Under the pieces are notes generated by a model that searched no databases, had not been told where the DNA came from, and saw nothing but the letters and a program-made list of their open reading frames with translations. This document shows, in pieces, positions 27,334 through 43,651 of a DNA stretch of 64,000 nt (positions are counted from its first letter, which is position 1; each line of letters begins with the position of its first letter). Source of the DNA: Strigamia acuminata (Eukaryota); assembly GCA_949358305.1 (NCBI GenBank), contig OX442314.1, positions 14,570,001 through 14,634,000 on the forward strand, in the 5' to 3' direction. A program made the translations under genes and the position numbers.

Positions 27334-30300
27334 TTAATTCTTATTTCTAAGTGCTATTTCATCTGAAAAATCAAGAAGGGCGTTCACTGCATCAATCAAT
27401 GCGAACGCCATTTGATACTGTGAATCCCCATCAGGCAGATGATTAATTATATTTGAAATTAAAGCCGCAGTCATTGTGAGTGGAGGGTTGAGACAGCGCA
27501 ACGTAGTTTGATCCAAAGACTTGATCCACGATGTTAGATCAGGGCTTAGCCGAGCCAATACTTCAACAGTCGTGTATTTCTCCTTCAGAGCGCTGCTTAG
27601 GCGTTGGCCAGCTAAGAGAATGAGTTGAGAACCCAGTACAATTCGATCACTAACAGATGGGAGCATCTAAAACAAAATGGTCGTAAATTATTAATTCATT
27701 TTGTTTACAAAAATATAAAACCTCTTCTGCAAGTGAATCTAAACCGCTATTGTACAGTTCACAAACGTGATGTCGTCGTAGAAAGTCGAGATCCATTTCC
27801 CACATTTTGGCCAATTCTATAACACGACCAACCCAAAAACTCATTCCGGAATGATCCACGGTCATGGCTGGAATCGATGAATTCTCAGATTGGTGTGGGT
27901 CAGGAATTGGCTCTGGTATAGATTGCACTGCCGCCGAAATAACTTTACATAAAAACTAAAAAATAAAATAATAAAAAAGACATTTTAATGATTATATTGC
28001 AGAACTCATTGAATCTTCGTAGGTACCTGTCTTCGAGCATTAACAATCGAGTCATCGAGACCACGGCCAGAAGAAATTTGTGGGTAAGTGTCCAATTCCC
28101 GAAAAAATGCACTTTTACCCTGAATAAGATAAGAATTTAAAATGAAATCTTTGAGAAATTAATTATGTCGAGTTGCCTGTGTACTTTAGTGTCGTATAGG
28201 CTGATAAGCCGCACGGATTTAATTCCAAATGTTACCATCATTCGCATTGATAGTGCAAGTTGGTAGTGATGACATAATAGGTTGTAATTTGCTGGTTTTT
28301 GAATGATAGCTAATTCTACTAATGGGTTTGGCCCTTGGGTTGATTGCCATAAGTCTTCGTAGTCAAATACAGGTGCGCTCTGACTTTCAGCTATGATGCT
28401 CGCCTGTAAACAGTGTGGTGGGTCAGTAAATTGAAATAATTCACAATCAATCACTTACATCCATTAAAATATCCAGAAGATCAGCACAACATCCAATAAA
28501 TTTAACCAAGATCGTATCACTAATTCCAATATCCTAGAAACATTTTTGAAAATAAACACTTAAAAACATCAATGTGACAAATTCCGATTACCCTGCGACA
28601 TAATCTTTCCTTCGGGACTTTCCCAACCTAACAACAAAATTATTTTTAATTCTCCAATGTTTCAAACCGCACGTACATATTTACTTTTTCCATAAGCAAT
28701 GCTGTTGCGGTGAATATTTTGCTTAGATACATGTTCCAAATCAAACACGCCAACCCTGGAAAAACAAATATTTAATTATTGTTCCAATTTTATAAAATCA
28801 ATAACGAGCCTTGTTTCAAAATGGCTGATGATATCGGCTGAAGTGCTCCTAATGAACCTTGCAAATGGAATGTATTATCAGGATTTTTACTCCACTGCAG
28901 GACCCGTTCCCATGCACAATTTGCATGCAAAACATCATGGTGAAGGCTAAACGGAAAGCGTGTTTTCACCATTTGGAACAATTCTAACATTAAAAGAAAT
29001 ATATTAATCACCGTGTATGTTTACTTCAATACTACTAACCGATAATTTCCGTGGAACATTCGTTCTTATTTAAAACTCTCACTGCTTCTTTAGCTACCTC
29101 AGTTGCGCCACATTCCTCGGAATCAATTCTCAATAATTGTGTATCGAGATTTGTACAAATCAACCATTTGGCGATCAGTTCAGACACGATTCCTAAAAAA
29201 AAGGATTTGCTTCGTTTAATTGCATCTTAAATACAAATAATCGGCTTGGCTTACCTCGACCCTTTTCGAGCAAAGAATTACAAGAAACTTCAATTTGAAG
29301 GCATTCCTCCATGCCATTCACTTTAAATCCAAATAGGGCATGCAACACCATCAAGTCTTCTAGCTGTTTTACTAACACATTCCATTGGAGCGCATCCATT
29401 GATATACTTTCCCATTCAATATCGTCTTTATTCGTGTTAACCTAAACAGAAAAAATCTAAAATCAGCTCGAGACGTTATTAAATAATAAAATATAATAGT
29501 ATATACTAATATAACCTCAGTTTTCTCCACAGAATCCCCGGATGCTTGAGACTCGCTCTCAAGAGTGGGAGCAAACATTACGGAAACACCACGACAGACG
29601 AGAGCTGCAGCAAATGCCATGGGGACATTGGTTGTTTGTGCCAAAATACTTCGTACAGTTTGCCACCACGATGAGGTTTCATTAGACGTAACTTCCAGTA
29701 ACTGCGCGTCTGTAAAAGGTTTGTACGTTTACAACTATTTGTGATCAATTTTAGTTCACTTACCCGAAATATTCGTAATGAATTTCACTAGTGTTGAAAG
29801 ATTAATAAGGCAGGAAGTTGAAATTAACGTGGAAGACTCGTTCAACCAGAAATGCATTAGAATGGTCTGAAAGAAAAGAAAAATATAAAAATTTAATTTA
29901 ATTTAATCCGGTGGGTGCGTTACCATTAACCGCTCCGGTGATAAACCACAATTGACAATTACGGGTTTCAATTTTTCCAAACACGAATCGCTAATCAAAC
30001 TTTGGTGGAAAAGAAAGCGTCCTGAACGAGACAAATGGAATTTTTTAAATTCAAAATACAAAATTAGAACTAATTTATTCCTCTAACCTAACGACGCGAG
30101 GGCATCAGGTTCCAAACCGTCGATTAATTCAATCGAATTCGTACTCGCGCCTTTCTCGAGGCAAGAAACAAATACTGAAAAATAACTAATAAACTTTGCA
30201 ACTGTCAACACTTTGTTGTCAGCAAAGTTGACTGTTTTAGTTTTCATATCATGAGTATGTCGCTTCAAAATGCTAATCAAATGCTCTAGTTCTGCTTCGG

Positions 30301-33280
30301 ATTGGTGTAAAACTGCAGCAAGAAGTGCCTACAATTGTTTATTCATTTTTAAATTTTGGAAATTGATTTGAAAAAATTGATTTGAAAAATTACTTGTAAT
30401 GATGTGTCGTCTGGAGCTGGATCAGCAGTTTCATCACAGCTGTTTGACTCGATTTCATGAGTTCCACAATATAACTGTATCAGTATCTTCAATCTGTGGC
30501 AACTTTCTAACACTAATTTGCTTTCAAAGTCCAGTGAATCCATACCTGAATTAAAATAAAATATATTTTTACATCGCAATTTTTTTTTATTAATCAAGAG
30601 ATTTTACCCTGCGATTGAAGATGCTCCAAAAGAAGATCCATGACTTTTTTCAAGAAATCTGCCTGCATTTTGTCACTTTTAACCACCGTTTCTAAGGCTT
30701 GTTTTCGAATATTTGGAGTTTTCATTGTCAGAAGAATTTTAATAATTTCATTCTTCTCCGAATCTTTTTTTTTTTTAAATTATTATTATTTTTTCTAAAT
30801 TTTAACACAATTAACTTTTAATTACCGCCACGAACATCCGTTTCTTTTAGCGTTATCTTAAGTTTCTTGAGTAAATGCAAACTTTGAGCACACTTACTGT
30901 TTTTATCGCTAAATTCGAATTGAAAAATAATAAACAATCAACATCATTTGCAAACAAATTAGCTAAACTCACCTTAAAGCATAATGAAAAGGTGTGCAAA
31001 TAGTTTTTAACGACCCATCCACATCAAGTAAAAAACATTGTGCCAATTTGTGTCCTTGACTCGAAGCAACAACTGCATTTACTCCCATCATACTGTAAGC
31101 TGGACAGAGCAGTCTGATGCAGTAAAAACATTTTAATTATTTATAAACGAGTGTGCTGCATTTGAGGGCAATTACCTAGCAGTTTTGCTGACATTGAAAG
31201 CAGCTATCCTAGGTCCCTGTTGAGCCGTCCAAATCTAATAAACAGCAAAACAATTGGAGACTAAATCGTTTCAATAAATATTAAATACACACCTCTAATA
31301 AACCTCTTCTAGGTGCGTAAATTACGAGAAATAAAGCAATTCTTGGTATCGGGGTGACTTTTTCCTTGTCTTGTTGATGAGTGTCTTCTGTAACTTCCAT
31401 CCAGCCACATTGTGCATCTCTGTAACCTTTCCACATGCGAACAATTATCCCTTGATGAGTATCCACTAAAACTATCCTTCCGAACGTGTCTGTTATTACA
31501 GCCACCCTTTTATTTGGGGACACGATGATTGAATCCCCTAAACGACGGGCGTCGGGTAGACCAAATCTGATATGAAATCAAAAGGAATTTTAAAGGAATT
31601 TTAAAATTAAAGAAAAGTATTTTGAAACCTGCATGCCAGCGGAGTCGCAGGTTCTATTTTCGGTTTTAAAATCCTTTCTTCTGAGGATGATTTCGAAAAA
31701 TTACCAAAAAAGCCACTAAAATTGAACAAAAAAATTAATTAATTAAATTTTTCACCCGAAAAAATTTCTAAGTTCTGTTTTATTTACGAAGCGGCTGAAA
31801 ACAACACGGATTTCAGTTTGGATGCAACTGCCGTAACAACTTCAGACATGAAGGGTTGTGCGCTGCCCTAAAAAATGTTTAAAATCAAATATTTTAAAAA
31901 ATTAACGCAATTGCGCGACGCTTTACCTCGATGGCGTAATAAAATGCAAGGTAGGGAAATTGTCCTGATCCCAAAAACAATGTTGCCACTGGAATTGCAT
32001 TGCGAGGTTTTGAATTGAATCCACCGAGCAAAGACGCTGTTTGTAAATGATCGAACGAGTTTGGAGGGATTAGACCTAAAATAATAATTTATATTTCAAA
32101 TATTTGATTGCGAAACTAACTGCAATTACGCGAATAATTCTTACCTACATTTTCACAATCCACGACCTTTTCTTGGTCGTGAAATCCCCATTTTTTGTAC
32201 GCTAATGGTGGAGGCGCATTCATATCCACTCCGATTGCTGTAGCTGAATTTACTGAATTTAGTAGATGCACATGACAAATCACAATTTCTTACCGCGTGC
32301 AACTTGGTTTCTACAAGCACGGAGTGTTTGAATTAAGCTAAAACCGTCTATCGTAACTATAGCGCGTGGATAAATTATAAACAACTCTTCCGGATGTTCA
32401 GGATCCTTGGTATGACGAGGTGGTTCGTAGGTTTGGCATTTGATTTTTGTCACCGTACCCTCATGAAACAACTGCGAAAATAACTGAACACCGGTCTGAT
32501 ATGCAAAAAAAAATTAAAACATTAATTGCATTTTTTGAAAATAAAATCAAATTAATTTTGTACCTCCGTATACATTCTAACGTTTCCAGATGAAAATCCT
32601 ACTATAATACAAGTCCAATCAGGACTACCGTGCGATGTGCTACATATAATAACACGAAAATAATGATGATAGATATAATTTTCACTTATAATTACCGTTT
32701 TTGCGAAGCTAATGGTAAACATAACACACTCGATATATCATCTCTATCCAACAGAGATAAAGAAATAAAAATTAAAAACGTAAAAACATTACGTATGAAT
32801 AATTAAATCATACTTAAGTTCTTCAATTAAATTCGACTCAAACTGGATAACGAATTTGGCTTTAATATCTCCTGGTTCGTGCATATCCCATTTCACTAAA
32901 GGAAATTCATTTTTTTTTCATATTAATTTGGTGTTTTGGTTTATTTTGATTGCCGAAACGTACATGTCATACACACTAATCTTTCTGTAGTTGCAATAAC
33001 CAAACAATCCCCAGCTGGTGAGAACGAAATGAAGCAATCTTGTAACCAAGATTCTTCGGTTCGTTTCTCAAACGCGACAACGTCAGCATCACTTTCATCC
33101 CATTTCCAACTGACATCATCCCAGCCGCCATCTGAAAAAAATTACAATTCGTCAATACTACGGTTCTACCATTTATTTAATCAAATATTTACCACTTTCT
33201 GGGCCTTCGGATGGCCTCAGAAATCTTTTAACAGCGTTAAAATCGCTGAAAGCAGCTAAAGGCTTTATACAGCATGACAT
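27334..33280 (-). CDS. RAB3GAP2: Rab3 GTPase-activating protein non-catalytic subunit, multi-exon
   Basis: [14 protein letters not shown] start; [98 protein letters not shown] match RAB3GAP2. Confidence 0.92.
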
Positions 33281-33523
33281 CACGCAACAATTTATGAAAT
33301 GTTCGTGAGTAAATACGTTAATATACACATTTGAAAGGAATTAGATCGATTTTTAACTCTCCAAAGACAATGTTTACATGTGTTTACATATTAACTATAA
33401 CTGATGATTCTCATCACGAATGACTCGATGCATTAATGAGAAGTTAGCAGTCTATGGCAAGACCTACACTTCGAGGCTATACTACTCTAGTGGTAGTATT
33501 GGGTACTATTACCGGCACCTGAA

Positions 33524-34771
33524 ATGGACGATTGCATTCGGTTGGCGTGTGAACGATTAAATAATAGTGTATTAAATGGTACTAAGCAATCCAGTAAATT
33601 GGTTACACCCGGTGATTTGATAACAAATGACACTGGATTTTTTAGGTTGGTATGAGTTGTTTTATGTAATATTTTTTTTAATTTATATTTAAATTATTTC
33701 AGAGGTCATGGCACTTACGACAACGATCAATGTCTTCTTGCATCGGTTGCAGGAGTTGTAAAACAAGTTGGTCGGCTGATCTCGGTGGTGCCTTTGAAAA
33801 CACGTTACAATGGAGAAATTGGAGATAGAATTGTTGGTAGGATAACGGAAGTACAACAAAAACGGTGGAAAGTTGATACAAATTCTAGAATGGATTCCAT
33901 ATTACACTTGTCATTCAACACTTTACCCGGAGGAGAATCGGTTGGAAACAAACTCTGAAATTATTAATTTGTGATTTCTTAATAACATTTTTTGTTATTC
34001 AACAATTTAGAGACGTCGTGGCATGGAAGATGAATTGATGATGCGACAGTACTTGAAAGAAGGGGACCTCATTAGTGTATAATTTTACACTTTGGATAAA
34101 CAGTTATTAGGAAAATAATTTGGATTTATTTATTTATGTCTAGGCTGAAGTTCACAAAGTTTACAATGATGGCTCTCTATCGCTAATTGTCAAAGATTTG
34201 AAATCTGGAAAAGTAATTGATTGATTTATTTTATTTTATTTGTTTTTACAATTTTTTGTTATTTAAAAATTCAGTTGTCGCAAGGAAGCCTTGTTAGAGT
34301 ATCGCCGTCAGTGATTAAACGATCCAAATTGCACGTTCACGACCTTCCGTTTGGCGTTAATGTAATTTTAGGAAATAATGGATTAATTTGGATTTCTTGT
34401 AAAACGAGAGAAGATATGACGGATGGTGTTGATTTAGAGGTTAGGACTAAAATATAAAATTATTGACTGGAGTAAAATATTAATCAATATTCTAAAATCT
34501 TTTAGCCAAGTATTGAAGCGAGTGATCGTGAAATTGCTGCTCGGATAAGGAATTGCATTTTAGCATTAGCAAATTGTCGTGTTATGCTATACGATACGTC
34601 AATTATTTATGCTTACGAAGAGTCACTTAAATATTCAGAGGTGACGTATTTGTTATAGTATTTTTTAAGTTTTAATTTTTTGTTACTTAGGCAAAGCATT
34701 TATTGAAACCTGAAGTAATTGCGGATGTTGCAGAATGCACAAGACGAAGATTAAATGAAATGGAAACATGA
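33524..34771 (+). CDS. EXOSC2: Exosome complex component RRP4, 7 exons
   Basis: LVTPGDLITNDTGFFR|GHGTY..ASVAG..PLKTRYNGEIGDRIVGRITEVQQKRWKVDTNSR..LPGGE|RRRGMEDELMMRQYLKEGDLIS|AEV..VILGNNGLIWI; TGA at 34769-34771. Confidence 0.93.
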
Positions 34772-35133
34772 TAAATAATCAAATTACATGTGTGTTTTAT
34801 AAATAAAACAAATAAAATTTAAATTTTGTCACATCACACTTATTAATACAAGGCAAAAAATTGGGCGAGTTTCGACACCACTTTCACTATTGATCTCTCT
34901 GTGGCCTAGATCAACTTTAGTTGAGTGTTCTTGCCACCAGGTTTCAGTTTATATAACAGGACCGAAGAAAACATTTGCTCTAAAATGATTTTTAGATGTT
35001 TTAACTTCACATAAAATAATTAGTATAAATTTTTTTCAGTCTCGTGTTCTATTAAACACCTTTTTTAATTAAAAATCATACATTTTTGCGAATTATTTAA
35101 TTCGTTCATAGAGGGCGATTAGGCGGTTGAGTT

Positions 35134-35148
35134 GATCTAGAAGGTTCT
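35134..35148 (+). promoter_or_regulatory. Putative heat-shock element upstream of STIP1
   Basis: gATCtaGAAggTTCt gives alternating nTTCn/nGAAn units (one mismatch) about 50 bp before the ATG of an established HSF target gene. Confidence 0.55.
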
Positions 35149-35198
35149 TTTTCTTGCGATAGAATTAGACTGCGTTTTCCTACCACGTTGTTTGAAGA

Positions 35199-37679
35199 AT
35201 GGGAGATCAAAAGATTGAGGTAACAAATTGAAATTTAATATGTAAAACAAGTAATAAGTCAAAGAAGTTTGGTCTAACGAACAGCAAAACGTGAAGATTT
35301 TACAATTGATGTCGGCTAATGATTTTTGAATTTTTTAGGCGAATAAATTGAAGGACTTGGGCAACGGTGCTTTATCCGTTGGGAATATCGACCAAGCCAT
35401 AGAGTATTACTCAAAAGCCATTAACTTAGATGCCCAAAACCACGTTCTATTTAGCAACCGATCTGCTGCGTACGTTAAAGCAAACCGTTTCTCAGAAGCT
35501 TTGAAAGACGCTGAGAAAACAATAGCGCTTCAACCAGCATGGGGCAAGGTGAGTTGCCAATTATCAGAAATTTTGGGGACATTCAAACTGATTTTTTGTT
35601 AAAAATAGGGTTATTCAAGAAAAGGTGCAGCTTTAGAGTATATGGGAAAATACCAAGAAGCTTTAACTGCGTACGAAGAAGGTTTAAAGAATGATTCGGC
35701 TAATCAACAACTGGTGGATTCAGCGGCAGAAGTCAAGAAAAAGTTATTTTGTGCGTATTAGATGAAATTTTTGTGGTGATTGAGACATTTATTTTTATTT
35801 TATTTTATCAAAAGCTAATGAATTTCCACTAGACAATCCATTCGGAGGATCAGATTTGATGGCTAAATTAGCCATGAATCCCAAAACTAGAGGTTACTTA
35901 AGCGATCCTGGTTATATTGCGATGATTAACGAACTTCAAAGAAATCCTAATTCAATGAGGTTCGATTATTTGTTTTCTATCAGTTGAGGTTACTGATTTT
36001 TTATTTTATTTTTTGTAGCAATTTCCTTAAAGATAAACGAGTTTTGGATACTTTAGGGGTTTTAATGGGATTGAACTTGGATCAAACGGGAGATGAAGCG
36101 ATGGATACTTCCGAGCAGGAAGAAGTTCCCAAAGAAGAACCAAAACCAGCACCTAAAAGTAATTCAAGGAAAAGTGATCCTCCAGCTGAACCCATAAGCG
36201 ATGAGAAACAGAGGGTAATTTGTTTGCTTATAGAAAAAAAAGAATGATAAATATATATACATTTAAATGTTCTGCAGGCGGCGACAGAAAAGGAACATGG
36301 TAATGATGCGTATCGAAAACATAATTTCGAACAAGCGCTAGAACATTACGAGAAAGCCTTTAAGTTTGATTCTACAGATATGACATTCCTTAACAATATT
36401 GCGGGTAGATTATACGAAACCCTAGTACCAAAATTGGAGATTTAATTTATTTTTTTTGCATTTTTTTACAGCTGTTTATTTCGAGCAAGGCAAATATGAG
36501 GAATGCATTAAACAGTGTGAAAAGGCTGTCGAAATTGGACGCGAAAATAGAAATGATTACAAACTAATTGCCAAGCAAGTGCTCCTTAATATTTCATTAA
36601 ATATAAAAATTATATTTTTTTTTACGTTTTAGGGCGTTAGCTCGAATTGCAAATTCATATTGCAAGCTTAAAGATTTTGGAAAGGCAAAAGAGTACTACG
36701 AGAAATCATTAAGCGAACATCGAACTCCGGAAACAAGAGCTAAACTATCAGATGTATTTTATTTTACGGGAAATTTTAAATACAATTTTTTTTAAACTAT
36801 CGATAATATTGTAGATTGAAAAGATATTTAAACAAGAACAAAAAAAGGCTTATATCAATCCAGAGATAGCTCTAGAAGAAAAGAATTTGGGCAACGATTG
36901 TTTTGCTAATGGTAGTCGATGTTTTTAAGTATACAAACGATAATTTAATGATTTGTTTTTTAAATTGTTTTAAGGCGACTATCCACAAGCTGTTAAGCAC
37001 TACAGCGAAGCAGTTAAACGCAATCCTGACGATGCCAAGCTCTACAGCAACAGAGCCGCTTGTTACACCAAACTGGCGGAATTCCAACTTGGTCTTCGAG
37101 ATTGTGATGAATGCATACGTTTAGAGCCCGACTTTAGTAAGAGTTATAAAAAAAAACATTTGTCGACAGTTTTAAAAATATATATTTTTATTTTTATTAA
37201 ATTAGTCAAAGGTTACATTAGAAAAGGTACGATATTGATGGCGTTGAAAGATGAATCGAAAGCGGCGCAAGCTTTCAGAAAGGCAGTTGAACTTGATCCA
37301 AACAACCAGGTATATTTGTTTGTGAGGGAATTGGATTTGATAAGAGTTACATATTATTTTTTTTTGCTTTTGTATTTATTTAGGAAGCTATCGATGGTTT
37401 TAGGCGATGCTCGATGGCTTTAAACAACGATCCTGAGGAAGTTAGGCGCCATGCAATGTCCGATCCGGATGTCCAAAGGATTTTGAAAGATCCAGCCATG
37501 AGATTGATTTTGGAACAGATGCAGGACGACCCGAAGGCTTTACAAGAGTACGCTGACATTTTATTAATACGTAGTGGATTGAATTTAATTTAATTTTTAT
37601 TTACAGGCATCTTAGAAATCCTGAAATTGCCGCAAAAATTCAAAAGCTTATAGAATCTGGACTGATTGCCATACGTTGA
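35199..37679 (+). CDS. STIP1: Stress-induced phosphoprotein 1 (Hop/Sti1), TPR co-chaperone, multi-exon
   Basis: [147 protein letters not shown]. Confidence 0.96.
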
Positions 37680-38175
37680 AAATTGAGTGAAGATGTTTGT
37701 GCATTGCCAATGTTAAAGCCTTGTTTTGGATTGCGGTTATGTTTTAAGATGCTTTGTACAATACGACCAGTAATATGCAGTTGTTTTATTGGTCTGGCAC
37801 TGAACCACCATATTTTTTTTTTTTTTACGATTGTTTATTATCTTACATTGATACACTTATGTAATATTAGGTGGACATTCCTTAGTAATACTTTGTTCAC
37901 TTGTATAATTAGAATTGAATAAAGAGTTAAATACGTTTGATTAATGTATATTAATGTGCTTTGTTTGTTAAAATAAATAGTCGTCAAATGCATGACTCGA
38001 CGGTTTTGTTTTTATTTTTATCGCTGGCGATTGGCAATAGAGGGCGCAACGCAAGCAGTAATGGCAGCCATGGCGGTTTTGGATTTGCATTGATATCCAG
38101 ATATCGCCGTTAGTTCTCGTTTCTCGTCATTACGTTAATTTGAAGCCGTAAATTTTAATTTCTAAGACTTAAACA

Positions 38176-40100
<1,925 letters not shown>

Positions 40101-40212
40101 TTTGTTATTACAGATACATTTTTTTTTTCAATGTTAACATTCGCTTAGAAATAAATGTTTTGCTACTATAATGATGTGCAATGAATTCAAAAGGCCTAAT
40201 ACGGATATGCGA

Positions 40213-43061
40213 TCACAAGTGCGTTTCTGTTAAATTACGAGCTTCTATTGATGTCTTTGATGATTCTTCATAATTGATCGATTCTTCATAATTGATCGAT
40301 TCTTCATAATGGATCCATTTTTCATTCGGTTGAAATGCTTTCTGCCAATTCTATTTTTTTTAATTTAAATTTAAATTTTATCAATAGGCAAAACAAAAAA
40401 ATGAAAACTTACACCGTTTTTCCAATGCTTAAAAACGACTAACACAGCCCAAAAAATTGGTTGAACAATAATAAACAAAGCGATAAACCATCCAACGACA
40501 TGCGCGGCAATAGGATAATGATAACAACCGTATTTCGGAGGTGTAGACGTACTCCACGATACTGCAGTTAAGGCCTGGAAAAAAGATGTTCAATATTATT
40601 ATTAACGCCGTTTACAAACGAATCAACAAAATTCCATCGGTTGAATTTGTCTCGTGATGGACAAACGAATGTAGCCATGGACGTTTGTTGTTTATTTTGT
40701 GATTTTACGTGTTGTTATTAGCTTACAAGTATAACGACAGGACATATATATTTCCAACAAATTTGTAGAAATTTATTTGGTTTGAAACCGAGCATTTCGT
40801 TGATATCTTCGCAAAATTTATCTGTCCCTAGAAGAAATACAGTAATTACATTAAATAATTGATAAATACCGTATTGAATGTAATAAACCATAAATCCACA
40901 TGACCGCAATAACTTCCCAAGCTATCAGCAATGTCCTGCCCATCACGCTGTAGCTATCCACTAAATTTAAGACGTATTGTCCACCCTAGAACAAAACAAT
41001 AAAAATGTAATATAAGGAGTTGTTTAACCAAGTCATCACTGACAGCAGTACAGTAAACTAGTCCAAGCAGAAAAAATACGGAACATGAAATGAAGTAAAG
41101 TAATGTCTGATGCTTTTCTAAGTTTGGTCTGTCGTCAAACACCGCAGTCCACAACGCTTCTATCGAGGCAAACTGAAAAAGAAAATTCCAGAATTTATAA
41201 ACTTAAGTAATTTTTGCATGTTCATAGGCGCAGTGTTCGGGCCAAAACTGACACTAAAAAGTGATTAGAATGCAGCTGTTGTTTGCATAAGTGATTTTTC
41301 TTAACTGTTGAATCAATTCCAAGTGTAAATAACATCAGAAAAAACATAAAACACCATAGTTGGGGAACAGGTAGACGTGTAACGACTTCTGGAAATACAA
41401 TGAATGCTAGTCCTTGTCCTGTCATGTAAATTTTAAGAGAGAAAAAAATTAGGAAGCACACACAAAACAGGTTTGCGCTGGTACTTACCACCAGCAAAAA
41501 TTTTATCTATATTCGTGTTTAAATCTTTAGCTAGGGAACCGATTACTGCAAATACAACGGTACTAGCCATCACACTCGTCACATAATCCAGGATAACGAC
41601 TTGCAAGACATCTCTGAAATGAATTAATTAGGGGTTATACGGCCATCTTTAACTCATTTAAGATTTTACCTGTGTAATTTGTTATGGAAACGGTTATAGC
41701 TGGCTAGTGTTATTATACCTCCGTTAGCTAAGCTTAAAGAATACACCAATTGCTGCGCTGCATTAAACCATACCTAATAATTTATTTTCAAATTTTTTTA
41801 ATGCAAAATCTGATTAGGCAACAACAACACACGTCTTCACTTTAATTTCCAGAAGTTTACTCCATTTGGGATTGAAAAAATGGGCAAGTCCGTCAATTGC
41901 TCCATCTAATAATAAACCTTGAATCATCAGTGCTAACAGAATTACGTATGGGAGTGTAGCAGTCACATAAACTGCCTGCAAATTCAAAATAAACGTAATC
42001 AATAATTTTTGTTTTGTATTTTCATCTGTTTTTGTTGTTACCTTTCCTGATGTTTTTATACCTTTAAAAACACAAATGAATATTAGAATCCAAGTGCCAG
42101 CCAATGCTAGAACAAGTCGCCATTGAAGAAAATTTATGTGCTCAATTCCATCCGAAGCACGAATATTCAGTACATAAATGCTGATGAAGGAAATTGTACG
42201 TACATATGAGTAATCTGTAGTAGGTGAATTAATATTTACTTATTACTCCCAAAATTGCTGCGTCGATGATTGTGGAATGGACGAATTGCTATCGCAATCA
42301 ACTTCGGATTTGATGATTGCCTCATCCACTACTTTAGTCTGTTTTTATTTGAATTTTTAAGAGTCACACTATTTTATATTTAAAATGTCTAAATGTTAAA
42401 TAATAGTAAAAATTAGTAACCTCTGCACGAACGTAGCAGTTATCATCAGCTCCCCACCAAGAGCTACAATTTGTCCACGGTAATTTCTTAGCAAACGACA
42501 ACACCATATATAACATCGTGTACGACATAATTACATTATAATACGTTATACCGATAACAACTGTAACTATCATTCCCCAGCCAATTCCTACCGAGAAATA
42601 AAGCATTAAAAAAAATTATAAATGGAATAATCTGATGTGCTGTGCTGAGTAATGACAAATAGGGTAAATTTCAACGAATTTGTGAATGTTTACCTTTTGC
42701 TGCTGGGCAAGAGTGCCATACAGCTAGAGCTCCGCTTTGCGAATATTGGCCTCGCGCAATCTCCATGTAGTATAAAGGGTAGCCGACAAATACAGAGAGG
42801 AGGATATATGGTATTTGAAATGTTCCTTTAGTTAAGAAATGTTTATTATTAATTTGAAATCTTGTTGAAATATACCGGTATATTTTTTCAATTCTTACCG
42901 CCACCATTTTCAAACGCGACGTACGGATAACGCCAGACATTACCAATGCCAACGGATAAACCAATGCATGATAAAATAAATTCTACTTTATTAGACCAGT
43001 GTTCACGTTTACGACGTATTTGAGCTGGTTGTGCTGTAACTGCTGTTACACTAGTTGACAT
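40213..43061 (-). CDS. SLC6 (NSS) sodium-dependent amino-acid transporter, multi-exon
   Basis: [81 protein letters not shown]. Gly rather than Asp in TM1 points to an amino-acid, not monoamine, subtype. Ends ..TETHL*. Confidence 0.9.
40262..40315. repeat. 18-bp x3 coding tandem repeat (YEESIN) in the SLC6 C-terminal tail
   Basis: GATTCTTCATAATTGATC three times; minus-strand translation [18 protein letters not shown]. Confidence 0.9.
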
Positions 43062-43651
43062 TCTTGTATTTTCTCGAATGAGAGAAATGATTGTTAGTTT
43101 CGAGACAATTTTTACTTAATTGTTAAATTACACAGCAAAACTTAAGTTTAAGTTTAAGTGTATTGTGAGCGTCTTATTTCTTGTCTGAAACCTTTGCACT
43201 TGTGCAAAAAAATTGTTTATACATACCGGTATATCTATCTGGCGTAGCAACTGACGGGTTTTCACTCGGCGTCAGTTTCAATAAAGGCATTTAAACGACG
43301 TCATGTTTCCTTTCAAATCTATTCATTCAGTTTATGTCACTTACTTTCCTTGATCTAATAAGATAAAGAGATAGTCGGAACTGGTGGGGTCAAGACACAA
43401 TATTTTTAAAAATATATTCGACAACTTGGCTTTCCCTCATGCACCGCTATTAATAGAATGGATGGCGATTAAAAAGAATATTAACTTCATGTTCTCACAT
43501 TTTTCGCGGGGCTGATGAATATTCAAAACTGTTTATGTGCATGTATGAATAAAAAAGCTCAATCACCATAAACGTTGAAATTTTTAACAAATGTAGGTTA
43601 AACCTGTAACTGGATGTGTGCTATTGTTCATTCAGGTATTGGATAGAGGAT

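Noticed and set aside
37990..38005. Nrf/CncC antioxidant response element upstream of PSMC1
   Set aside because: TGACTCGAC lacks the terminal GC of the TGACnnnGC consensus.
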